The notes under the pieces were generated by a model. It saw only the letters and a program-made list of their open reading frames with translations. It did not search any database and was not told the origin of the DNA. A DNA stretch of 57,548 nt, the filler included, from Catajapyx aquilonaris (taxonomy: Eukaryota): the NCBI GenBank assembly GCA_000934665.2. It is 3 parts of 3 records of this genome, joined end to end, with 100 filler letters (N's around TTAATTAATTAA, not from the genome) between each part and the next. Parts side by side here need not be neighbours in the genome. Positions count along the whole stretch, not along the records: positions 1 to 19,092 come from JYFJ02006530.1; positions 19,193 to 38,288 come from JYFJ02006531.1; 1 more part is not named here. The stretch is one strand, 5' to 3'. Numbering within the stretch: position 1 is the stretch's first letter; each line of letters begins with the position of its first letter. This document shows positions 11,819-23,202 of this stretch, in pieces. Both the position numbers and the translations under genes were made by a program.

Positions 11819-14800
11819 TTACACACCCGCATGAGTTTGCATGTGGCGTTTCCTATTGTTTGTATCAGAGAATGCTTTGTGGCATAGGGTGCACCTGTAT
11901 GGTCGTTCTCCCGTGTGGGTTCTCTTGTGGTGACGAAATTCACTTCTATATGTAAACTTCTTCTGACATACATCGCAGCAGTATGGCTTCTCACCAGTAT
12001 GTTTCCACATATGTGAAATCAAGTCAGGTTTCTCTTTGAATGCTTTGTTGCAATGGTAGCATGAGTGCAACTTTCTTTGAACATCATGAGTTCTCATGTG
12101 ACGTTGCAAGACACCACTTGCAGCAAAGGACTTTTTGCACACCTTGCATGAAAATGGCCTCTTACCAGTGTGGGTCATCTTGTGATCCTCCAGCGGTTTT
12201 TTCTGAGTAAATTTCTTACTGCACCAATCACAAGGGTAACGCTTCAAACCAACGTGGACGGAGTCATGGTGTCTTTTTAAGCTGTGCTCTCTGGTAAACT
12301 TCTTGTCACAAGCATTGCAACCATATGGTTTTTCACCAGTGTGAACCAGTTGATGACTTGTAAAGGTTGACTTCTTTTGAGTCTGGTAAGAACAGAGTTG
12401 GCACTGGTACTTCTGGCTTCTTTTTTGCCCCTGGTATTTTCTAGTGACCTTTTCAGGTGAAGTCCCATTGTCCTTGGTGTGGTAAGAAGAGGTCTTCTGA
12501 GAACAGCCTTCAAATGCTTGCAGCTTTTCCTTGCCCTTTAAAAAATCAAGATTACTATGTAGGTGGGAAAAGACTTTTCAAATTACAATATGCTTAGTGG
12601 TTGAAATGTACAGGATCTCCTGAAGCATTGTTTTTACCCTCCCTCTGTCGAAGAATTTTAGTACAAGTTGTTTATGCTAATGCCAAGTAGAAAAAAAAAT
12701 CAGCATTATTCTACAGATTCCTTGCTCGCAAAAATCGGAATTTACATATCCAGTTTAGGAACTTATCTACTTATAATTTAGTTACTTGAAATTTTAATCT
12801 AAATGGAGGTACATGTTGGATGAATTTTATTTTTATTTTCCAAGAGAAATAAAAATTACTTAGTAATAGTAAATTGTTACTGATTTTTTGAGGTGACTAT
12901 TGTTCATCAAAACTGGAAGTGGAAACAATATTTATATACCGAAAATCTTACTCTACCAATGCATTTTCCCATTTGAAACGGTGTAAATGGCATTGCAAAT
13001 TCATTATCATTCTGATTAAGCATTACTTTTGGTGAGCAATTGGCATCTGTAATAATGTCACAGACTACCCTTGCATGAAAAAAAAATCCCCTAAAACTTT
13101 TCTTGCAACTCTTTTTATTAAAAAATGGCAAATTGGAACTGCAGATTTGTGCAAAACCCCAGGATCAAAGATTGTCAAAATGATGGAACTTTCTGCAGCC
13201 ATTAAAAATACTTCTAAGGCAAGTTATGTGCAGCTTCAGGAACTTTATGCAGGTGTGGGAATATGTGAGGTGGTAGGGCATGGTGCCATGAAGTTGAGGA
13301 TTGGAGAGAGGAAGTCACCAACAAACAGCCTTAATAACAAAAACCCATGGGTCATTCAATGTCAGTTGGGCCGTAATATAATACTAGCCAACACGACTGT
13401 TGTGCACACATGTAGACCACATATAGGGCTACAACATAACTCAAAACCAGCGAAAAATAAAGCGGTATAATTTAAAATATTTAATGTTTCGATTTTAAAA
13501 TTTAGACACTTTTAACAAACAAAAGTTAAATTTCACATTTTACCATGGCGTACGCTTCTACCAGTACGTCTGAGTACAATGACACCAAATTCCCTTCTGT
13601 ATCTTGATGAGTTCCGGAGAAAAAGCCAAAAGAAGAAGAAGAGTCTGTAACGAAATTATCACTCCCACAAATATCGGCAAAAATAAATATTTTTCGAAAC
13701 GCTTTGGTACAATGTTTTAGCAGCGCTAGGTCACCATAACCTGTGAATATCATTCAAATCCGCCACACCAAGGGTACAAAGGGTGCCCCACTGACATGGA
13801 ATGACCCCCATCCTTCCACTACACGCATGCTACAAAGCCAAATTTATTCCAGGAAAACATACCTTTCTGTTTTCCTTCTTTGTCCTCCTATTGAAAAGAG
13901 CACAGGCATTGTCATTTGAGAGAAGTTGAGGAATATACTCATCCCCTGAATCACTTAGATCAGCATAGGATTGGTCACTGTCCTCAGGGTCCTTATATGC
14001 AGGAGCCTGGAATACGCAAAATCAAGGTATGAAATATCTATTTCGACTCACTCCTTCAATGTTACAGATGTGGTGTATTTCCCGTTCTTAAATAGCAGTA
14101 TGAGTGAAAAATAAACCACATGAAAAATTGGACATCTGCATAAAAATATTGCAATAAAATTCCAGGCACAAATGTGGTAAAATCTAGAAAAGCGCCACGT
14201 ATATTTTGACATATATTAACATCAGAATGCCCAATAAAGCCAATAACAACTCAATTGATCATCCTACCCACCAATTTTGGCCCAAACAACCAAAATAGCC
14301 AATGGCAGCAGAGACAAAAAAAAAAAAAAATCAACTAAGTACCGGTACCTGATGGTAAATGGCCAAGCAAAGCTTTGGCGAATACTCTTCTTCATAGGTT
14401 TCTTTTTTCTTTCTTTATAATATGGGCAACATGGCCATAATTGCAACCCAGATAATTTACAGAAAATCCTAAATTAAGAGATCATAGTTGGAATAACTCA
14501 AATCACAATGAGTGTACTGGAAGAAGGATTAAAATGTGCTTATGAAACATTAGCACAATTGAAACTTCACACCAATGGGACTTGAAAACAATGGCCAACT
14601 TCCATGCAGAAATTAAGAATGCACTTTGCTCCACAAGCTTCTCTTGGCAATATGGCGGGCCGGCGCCGAACTGCGCGGCGCCAAGTAATGATATTCGGCA
14701 TCACCCCTCTTGAGACCTGCCTGGACACCATGCAGGCACTATCTCCCGGATACCGCTGTAACTAACGGAGTTACAGTCCATTGGCCATATTACCTTCTAT

Positions 14801-17681
14801 GGCCATATTATCATCAGGGACCTTAATTAAAAAGTTGAAGTGTGGCAGGAAAATGAAATCAAGGAAATGACTTGGCATTTCAAAATTACACCAAAATCTG
14901 CCCATCTACATGAGATAGGGAATCTTTTCTAGGCATACAGACACTCACCGCAACTTTTTTTCTCCTAGATAACCTTCTTTTTGGTCTGCTTGCTGAGTTA
15001 CCCATGTCAGCAAATGCTCCATCCTCTGCAGCTACTTCGCTGTCATTTGACATTCCAACATCAGAGACCTGGAATATTGAGCATGAGAATGCAGCCGCTA
15101 CATAAAAATTACATGTATGTCCCCATCACATTACTCACAGTAGTTTCCTTCCTCCTCTTCACCCTTTCCTTTGAGCAGGTGGGTGGCACATGCTGGGTAG
15201 AGCTATTTGCTTCAGACAGCACTTCCCCAGCCTGTTGTCCGTCACTACCGGAGATTTCAATAGCAGTGGCCTGGGTTGCGGAAAAAGAGGAAGTGATTGA
15301 GTGTTCCTGATCAGAAGGGAGTAGCAAGGACAGAAATGTGTTGCAATGATACATACTGACTGGCATTGCTATGAAAGGGGAACAAAGTTGAACACCTCTA
15401 CAAAAACTTGGTGAGTTGGAAAAAAAAAACAGCTTTATGCATTCATCAAAATTTTTGTAACTTAAAAAATGCTCAAGGAATTTTGGTGCACCATGTACAG
15501 TGCTGGACAAATTGGCCGTCGCTGAATGTTTTTTTTCCGGCGGCGGCAGCGACGGCGTTACCTGGCAACCCTGTCCGGCGGGCCAGTTCAAACATCAGCC
15601 CATGGAGAGCGCTTCCATTGTTGCCACTGTTTACAATTCGAGTGAGTGAGTGCGCAGGCAGAAGAGACCCGTCGCTGGGTCGTCCGCGTCACTCACTCGA
15701 TTTGTAAACAGTGGCAACAATGGAAGCGCTCTCCATGGGCTGATGTTTGAATTGGCCCGCCGGACAGGGTTGCCAGGTAACACCGCCGCCGCCGGAAAAA
15801 AACATTCAGCGACAGCTCATTTGCCCTGGTCCAGCACTGTATTTTACAGGGGGTGACAAATGTATGATGTAAGAAGTACTGCATACTCATTTGGCTTTCC
15901 CCTTTACAATTTTCACTAATTCCTCATTATAATCATGCCCTAGTGTTACAGAAAACCCCTCCTTGACCATGTTTTACGTCTTCATGCAACTACTTGCACA
16001 GTAATGCAGTCAATATACCTACCGTATTTACTCGCATATAAGACGCACTTTTTTTCCGATTTTTGTAGCTCAAAAAGTAGGGTGCGTCTTATACGCGTGT
16101 GCGTCTTATACGGCAGGGCACAACGGGTGAAACACGTGAGAAATCGTGAAAATCGCTTATTGAAAAATTTAAGCTTGTCGGTTTGATGTCCTGTCAATAC
16201 AGTTGATAACTTTCCTCTTGAAATCGGCACGGTACGACCTGCGTTTCTCCTTCACTTCCATAGATATGCTCCCCCCGTCCACACACGTGCACAATTCCGG
16301 TGTGACCTTGCCACCTATACGTTTCAGATGCGTAGCATTGTCCCATTTTCCACTTGCCCCCACTTTTTACTGGATTCTAATGGATTCCACCCGCACATGC
16401 ATTGCACATGCATTGCACACGAGGTTGCTGCCGGCAGCTCGAGGCCAGTTCCCAAACTACGGCAATAAATCTGGGTGCGTCTTATATGAGTCAACAACCG
16501 ATTTTCCACGATTTTTCGCCTCAATACTGGGGGGCGTCTTATACGCGTGTGCGTCTTATATGCGAGTAAATACGGTATGTGTACCACTGGTATTGACTAA
16601 ACTTTACATCAGTAGGTGCAACAATAGGCCTATACAAATAATGTAACATTAGACGCACCTTGGTGTTAAACCTGATTCCATGTTCTGATTCTGGATCAAT
16701 TCTGGCTGCATGTTGGGCCAAGAGTCCATCAGTCTCGTCAGACTTACTGTTAGTTTCTTCATAATATGACACATTAGGGGGAAGGAGGTCTTCTCCATCT
16801 GTTGACAAAAGATTGCTGCATATTATCATATTATCGCTGCTGTTGCCGTTGAAGGATTAATAACATGAATCTGAATGATTACGTGGTTATTAACAACAAT
16901 AAGAAAAAGCCTGAAGTCAAGTACATTCTCCAATAAGAGTTCTGACTCACGCTGGGTTTTAATATGTTACTAACACAATTTACCAAGCCTTCAATTCATA
17001 AATGCATAATATATTGTACATACTTGTATTTTCCCAAATGGATGTGTCCCGGACACTCAAGAGGGCATGAATGTCACTGATGTTTCTGGCAGTCTCCGCT
17101 TCCAAGTCTCGTCGACTCTGGCATTCCAGTATGCGAGATAGAAAAAAAATTTCACAATGTCAAACCAACCCAACTCCTTCAATTTTGCTGAAATTTATAC
17201 AGCTGCCTTTGCCTGCAGCTTCAGCGGCACTCGCAACTCATGCTGCATTATCTCTTTCATGTCAGCCTTACCCAACTGAGAGGATCCTGGACACCTTCCA
17301 TGTCTACCGTCACCTCTTCCGACTCCAACAGGCCCCCTTCAACCTTGATGTCACTCACAAGCACTGACTTTCCACATTCAGTTTGGCCGTCACCTGCCAC
17401 GTCACCAGTAGTATGCATACCAGAAGGACTGCAGTTGTTACCTGCAACTAAAGAGGGTAATGCCGAATACACACACATTGCGCTCTCACAATATTACAAG
17501 CGGTGCGCTCACCGTGTCCAGTCCCCTTTTCCTCCTCTTCTTCTTCTTCCCCGATCACGACCAACTCCTTCAGCTTGACCATGACCTCCTCCCACTTGTC
17601 CCACCGTGCGGTCAGGCCCTCCAGAAGACGCTTGTTGGTCAGCGCAACCTCCATCAACAGCTTCACATCCACAGAAGCCAT
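11819..17681 (-). CDS. C2H2 zinc finger protein, 7 fingers (ZNF-B), ~561 aa, paralog of ZNF-A
   Basis: Exons 17681-17513 (gccATGG), 17441-17272, 17117-17024, 16798-16659, 15270-15139, 15068-14949, 14006-13863, 12535-11819; phases compatible, 1686 nt total. Last exon is 717 nt, the same length as in ZNF-A. Confidence 0.85.
15498..15839. mobile_element. Complete Tc1/mariner-type MITE, 342 bp
   Basis: TA|CAGTGCTGGAC..GTCCAGCACTG|TA with ~140-bp inverted arms; lies in a ZNF-B intron. Confidence 0.92.
16022..16575 (-). mobile_element. pogo/Tc2-like non-autonomous element with Brinker-type HTH remnant
   Basis: TA|CCGTATTTACTCGCATATAAGACGCAC TIRs; minus-strand [19 protein letters not shown] resembles the BrkDBD N-terminus of pogo transposases. 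Confidence 0.85.
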
Positions 17682-18695
17682 GGCTCTTTTCTCACTTCCC
17701 CACAAATTCCGGGGGCTGAATGGAACGAGAAGAAGCTGCTCCCTGCCCGTCGCTTCGTTTCGTCTCAAAAACTGTGGCACAAACAGGTCTCAAAAGTGGG
17801 GAAATGTTGTTTTTAGCACAATGAATGTCGTTCCGAGCAGGGAAAAGACGCCATGTTGGATACGGCTGCATTCCTGTGGCCGCAACAAGGAACAGTTCTG
17901 AGGGTGCATTCCAACCGCTGAAGACTATGGAGGGACATTTGAATGGCTTCATGTTTGAGTAAAAAAAAAAAATCTAAATAAATAAAACGGATAATTGAAC
18001 TCTAATTACGTATTGGCATACGCCATGCACATCTTTGTACAGCAATCTCATAAATTATGTCAAAATCCATGCTCCAGTACTTGTAAAGTGTTCCGTCATC
18101 CTTTGCAAAAATGTCACAAAACCGTGTTATTAGCATGGTTTTAAGCTTCAAGCCGAATTATAGTCACGGAAAATAATTGAGTAATTATTAAGAATGACGG
18201 AATATGTTTTTAAAGATCACTTGCTCTGGTAACGAAATTGACAACTGCGATAAATGACAATTCCACTTTACGTTTCAGCAGAGTTTATAATTAATTTTAT
18301 ATTCAAGAAAATAACGAGCTATATAATAATCTACTTCGATCAGGAAAATCGTCAGTTAAATACGTGTAAGTACACATGTAAAGTACCTGATGCAGACTTT
18401 TTGCCTCACGTTTTTTGCCTGCCTCATAATGTAAAAAGAAAAAAAAAGAAAGAAAATAAAACGCAACAGGAATGCTTACAGTACACCAGTACTCGTACAC
18501 AAATCTTTTTGAGATTGATATGACCACATTAATCGAACCATTTATTTAGTAAACAATTACATAAATCCAAATTTTTTCCCACGTGGCTTGACCACAGTTG
18601 CCAAGCGTGCACATCCGTGTGCACATCCGGCTTCCTGCGCAACGGTCGTTTCTCAACGGGCTTTCGTCTCTTGTTGTCCGCGTCCCTCGTCCTTC

Positions 18696-18703
18696 TCCTT
18701 TCC
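18696..18703 (+). promoter_or_regulatory. TCT/5'TOP-like initiator upstream of RpS3-like gene
   Basis: TCCTTTCC fits YYCTTTYY inside a pyrimidine tract ~65 nt upstream of the ATG, typical of ribosomal protein promoters. Confidence 0.45.
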
Positions 18704-18762
18704 TCATCGCGTCTCGCCTTCCGCATACAGTGCGCCATCCTTATTGTGAGGAGGTCATCATC

Positions 18763-19092
18763 ATGTCCACCCTGGCAGGAAGGGCTTCCCACCCGGTCAA
18801 CAAGAAGAAGAAGGTGAGGATGGGGCTCAGGGGAAGGGATGCGGGCGGATACACTCTGACGATGGGGGAGGGACACATTGGCCGAAGAGAGTGGTACTGC
18901 CCCTCTGCCTCTTGCATCGTCCTGGTGTTTGATGTCCATTGCAACAGGTTGCCATGCCCAACATATTCCATGGCAACCGGTTGCCATGCACAACTTCCAT
19001 TGCAACCGGTTGCCATGCACACTTTCCATTGAGCCTGTATAATATATTCCAGTTCGTCCAGGACGGCGTGTTCAGGGCTGAGCTGAATGAGT
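18763..19092 (+). CDS. RpS3: 40S ribosomal protein S3-like (uS3), exons 1-2, truncated by assembly gap
   Basis: Exon 1 18763-18813 MSTLAGRASHPVNKKKK|gtgagg; exon 2 from 19053 ccag|FVQDGVFRAELNE, matching uS3 KKRK|FVADGIFKAELNEF with the intron at the position known from vertebrate RPS3. Confidence 0.8.
18935..19031. repeat. Tandem array (periods 32/29/29) of palindromic CATKGCAACMGGTTGCCATG units in RpS3-like intron 1
   Basis: Units start at 18935, 18967, 18996 and 19025 (partial); perfect 20-bp palindrome at 18969-18988. Confidence 0.9.
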
Positions 19093-19429
19093 NNNNNNNN
19101 NNNNNNNNNNNNNNNNNNNNNNNNNNNNNNNNNNNNTTAATTAATTAANNNNNNNNNNNNNNNNNNNNNNNNNNNNNNNNNNNNNNNNNNNNTATTGTCT
19201 TTGAATTGAATGATTAAGTATTATGTTGTTTTTCATGTATATTTGGTTTTGGCGAATCCTTTGTAAATGGTAGCATATCATTGGTTATAGGCAGTGACCG
19301 CATTTAAACTTCTTTCATGCGATTGTTTGAATGTCTTAATTTTCAAAACAGCTAATTGGTGCTTTGTTTGTAATTGGTTCATGTGTTAGTGAATAAATAT
19401 GTAGTCTGATGAGTTTAATAATTGTGTAG

Positions 19430-19668
19430 TTGTATTACCTGGCCCCAAATATGTATATTCGACACCAAGCTTGTGGTCCTAAGTGATTTAGAAGCCGAGA
19501 AATGGATAATTTGCCTATATTTCAAAATGGCCGCTGTGAAACCCAAGATGGCCAACGGAGGGGTTGGCTCCTATCAAAAATTGAAAGCTAAGCACCTGAC
19601 TAGTACCTGGGAAAAATTTGGTGCTTTTGTCCGGTGTGTCCACATTTTTGTGATAAGCTGCTCCACTA
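19430..19668. mobile_element. Possible Academ-like transposon terminus next to gap 1
   Basis: caaaatggccgc..caagatggcc..aaatttggtgcttttgtccgg..ccacTA pattern recalled from Academ ends; not verified. Confidence 0.35.
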
Positions 19669-20135
19669 GTGAGGATGCCAACTTCCTGAGACCTTTCAGT
19701 CTTTCAGAGTCATAAGCATAGTGCTCTGACTTGTCCCACACTTTAAAGCAAACTCCAGTGTTGCCCATCTCCGAGTGTCCAGCATGCAGCTTCCAACAGC
19801 TCCATGCGTGTCAGGCTCGGGCCTTCTTAGGGCGATGGTGCGGTGGGGGGGGGGGGGGGNGGGGGTCATGATCCTCTTTTGTTTCCCTGCCTCCCTCGTA
19901 ATATGGGCGACATCTATATAGCAGATCAAATTGTAATCGCTCGAGCTTCAAAACTCAGCAAAGGTCATCTCTGTATGTGTTACCATTTTTGAATAAAAAA
20001 ATACATGCCATGACTTATGAATCAACCCATATACAGTACAGTGCATAAGAAATTTCATGCATGATCCTTATGGAGGTATTTTTCTAACAGGCCATTACTT
20101 TCAGTCATTCCATCATCTATTTTCTGTTGATCCCT

Positions 20136-20478
20136 TCTTCTTTTTTTCTTTTTTCTTTTAATTGTACCCGTTCTCGGACCTTGGGCCCTTTTTGGGGGAG
20201 TGGGATACCACCATTTGTTTGGAACCATACACTGTGTGTGTTTAGTTGTTCTAAGGGTATAAGTAGGAGGGGATGTGCAAAGTGCAAGTGCAATGTCGTG
20301 TATTGGTCATTTTGTGAACTCCCCCGGGTGGATTAGTCTAGCAGAAATTTCCACCCGAGACGAAGTCAGAGATGGCCCAACTCTGCACGAGATGAAGGGG
20401 GGAACCCCGGGCTGGGATCGAACCCGGGACCTTAACATCTGTGGGCGCGTGCGTTACCGCAGCACCACTCCGCCTCCC
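20136..20478 (-). mobile_element. Full-length tRNA-derived SINE family 1 with 12-bp TSD
   Basis: A/B boxes, A-rich tail, TSD CTGTTGATCCCT at 20124-20135 and 20479-20490. Confidence 0.92.
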
Positions 20479-21069
20479 CTGTTGATCCCTGTTAATATAA
20501 AGCTGAAAATTTGTACATATATTTATCACGCCTAATTAAGCCACTTCCCGGGTACGGAGAGTGCTGAAATTTCTCACACCCATGTCTTACCCTTCGGTGA
20601 TCTCGGCAAAAGTACAAAAAGGGCATTTGTAAAAGTCTAAGGGCCTGTTCACACGTGCCCACTTTAGTTGCGCGCCACAGCCACAGCAGTAGCTGGCTTC
20701 CGGCACTGCAAGCGCTCGAGTCGGCCACTGCACTGGGGCAGACGCTCGCCACAGCAGGTGGGCCAGATTCAGTACGGCAACCAGTGGCTTTAAATGCATT
20801 ATTGCTACTCTTTCTATTGACAAGGAATAAAAAGTGCAGGCAAAATAGGAAATTCATGTTCATTCTTGCCTGGAAAGGTCGTCTTCGAAAGGACTGTACC
20901 ATATACTATTCCAAGATCTGAGGCAAGATGATGAAAGGTTCCCCCCACCCGCCCCCGGTATTTTCGGCAACTGATGCGTCCCAAATATCACGATAGGCGC
21001 ATAGGCCTCAACTTCAGATATAAAGTCTTCGATATTATTTTCCTTCACTAATCCTCGTGGCATGAAATA

Positions 21070-21785
21070 CAGGGTCATCGAAATTGAATGTCCTATTTTT
21101 AAAAACCCTATACTAGCTCGAAAACTTGCAGACATATCTGAATGATTTAAGTTTTGAAATACTAAGAAAGGTCTACAGTTTTGGTTTCAGGTTAGTTTTT
21201 TTCTTCGATATGAGCTTCATTTATCGCTAGGCAGATTTAAAAGGCTGTATTTGGTGTCAGGACAAACCCTATCAATCACATCCGGAGTTACCGTTGCAAT
21301 CCTATCCCGTAGGTACTGGATATCTGATATTTACACCCACAGACATTGTTCTTGATGATTCAAATAAAAAAGTCGCTCATTCATGAAATAAACCTGCCGT
21401 AGAAATTTTTTATTTGTTCAGCTTGCCAGTGTGAGAAGTCTCCTATGAGAAATTTTTCCATGCATAGCCCCTCCAGAAGCCCAGATTTTACCCCGATGGA
21501 CTTTTTTGTGGAGATACATGTATGGTGACAAGATTCGGCACCACTATCACCTACAAGAAAAGATTTCAGTGGTAACGCCAGACATGCCTGAGCGGGTTAG
21601 GCAGGACACTGATTACCATATTTACATTTTTTGAGCGACAAATGGAGCTGATATCGAAACAAACTATGGTAAGACCAGAACTTGAGACATTTCTTAACAT
21701 TTCAAAACTTAAATCATTAAGATATCTCTACAAGTTTTCGAGTTATAGGGTTTTAAAAATGGGACATTCTTTTTCAATGACCCTG
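21070..21785 (+). mobile_element. Deleted Tc1/mariner element with transposase C-terminal relic
   Basis: TA|CAGGGTCAT..ATGACCCTG|TA with ~90-bp TIRs; frameshifted PPRSPD..PMDFF..VTPDM..ATNGADIE remnant. Confidence 0.85.
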
Positions 21786-22062
21786 TAGAGTGGACATATG
21801 ACTGCGCCTGTGGGCCTGTTGTGGTCGTGAGTGGCCTGTGGCTGTGGCTCCGTGTGAATGCACCAATGCAAACCAATGGTCCATACCGAGTGGCGCCTGG
21901 CCTTGAGCGCTTGTACAGTGCTGGACACATTAGCCGTCGCTGAATGTTTTTTTTTCGTCGGCGACGACGCTGCGTTCCCTGGCAACCCGGTCCGGCGGGC
22001 CAATTCAAACATCAGCACATGGAGAGTGCTTCGATTGTTACCACTGTTTACAAATCGAGTGA

Positions 22063-23202
22063 GGGCCGATTTCTCGAACAGTGGTTCAAGTCAGTTTGAA
22101 CTGAGTTTCCGTCTACACGCTGGATGCAGTTTAAACTCCCCTTCCGAGTGTGAGCATTTCTCGAGCTTAAAGAAACCCTCGGTTACTATGTGAACGACAA
22201 GCCTCGGTTAGAATTGCGCCGTTGCCACATGTCGCGTCGTCCCCATTTCCCCGAACCGGTCTGAGCTTCAGCGCGAGTCTTTACCGGCTTGTAAACAAAC
22301 TCTAGTCAGCAAGTCTCGAAGGTGGAGTGAGGGACATCGCATTTGAAAGTGACATTTTTTGACTAGTTGCCGACGTTACGCCGCAAAATGAATTTTTTAT
22401 GACACTTCTCGGAGGCCAAAAAATTCCCCCTGTGGACCCTGGATGGTGCATATTTTTGTCTTTCTAATGATATATTTGAAACTCGGAAATCGCCATTTGT
22501 GTAATCATAATTAAGTTAATTGCACACCTCTGTTATCTCAGCCGTTTATAATCCGAATTACTTCGCAAATGTATACCGACGGAAAGCCAGAAATGTGCGT
22601 GATAAAATTACATAGTGCTACACTAAAAATTTTAAACGTATTTAAAAGTATCGCCGTCTATTCCTGCCAGAAATCGGACTGAGTACTTGTCTATTAGACT
22701 TACTAAAACAATACTTTTAAACATTTAAGTGTAATAGAGCACAATGTAATTTTATCACGCACATTTCTGGCTTGCCGTCGATACATTCGCGAAGTAATTC
22801 GGATGAGAAACTGCCGAGATAACTGAGGTGTGCAATTAACTTAATTATGATTACACATAGTTGCGATTTCTAAGTTTCAAATATATCATTAGAAAGACAA
22901 AGATTTGCACTATCTATGGTTCACAGGGGGAATTTTTTGGCCTCCGAAAAGTGCCATAAAAACTCATTTTGCGGAGTAACGTCGGCAACCAGTCAAAAAA
23001 TGACACCTTTCATTGTTGTTCCCAGCATTCCAAACCTGGTTTATTTCCGATAACGGGCGGCAATCGAGCCGTCAGATGTGAACCAAGTTTAAACCGTATC
23101 CATGGTTTACTTTTGCCTCGAGAAATGGAAATTTCTCTGAACTGGGTTCAAACCGGATTTGAACCTTGTTTACATTTGAACCACTGTTCGAGAAATCGGC
23201 CC
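22063..23202. mobile_element. PIF/Harbinger-type element with 3-bp TGA TSD
   Basis: TGA|GGGCCGATTTCTCGAACAGTGGTTCAA..TTGAACCACTGTTCGAGAAATCGGCCC|TGA. Confidence 0.9.
22344..23012. mobile_element. Inner palindromic element (~300-bp arms) within the Harbinger element
   Basis: tgaaagtgacattttttgact..agtcaaaaaatgacacctttca long inverted repeat; no clear TSD. Confidence 0.75.

Noticed and set aside
18935..19031. CRISPR-like spaced palindromic repeats
   Set aside because: Eukaryotic intron, spacers only ~9-12 nt and similar to each other, no cas genes.
18529..19032. Overlapping 144-166 aa ORFs on both strands
   Set aside because: GC-rich promoter, RpS3-like exon 1 and intron repeat read-through; no independent protein signal.
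19093..19191. TTAATTAATTAA inside an N run (also at 38289-38388)
   Set aside because: Identical linker in both gaps; an assembly spacer, not biology.
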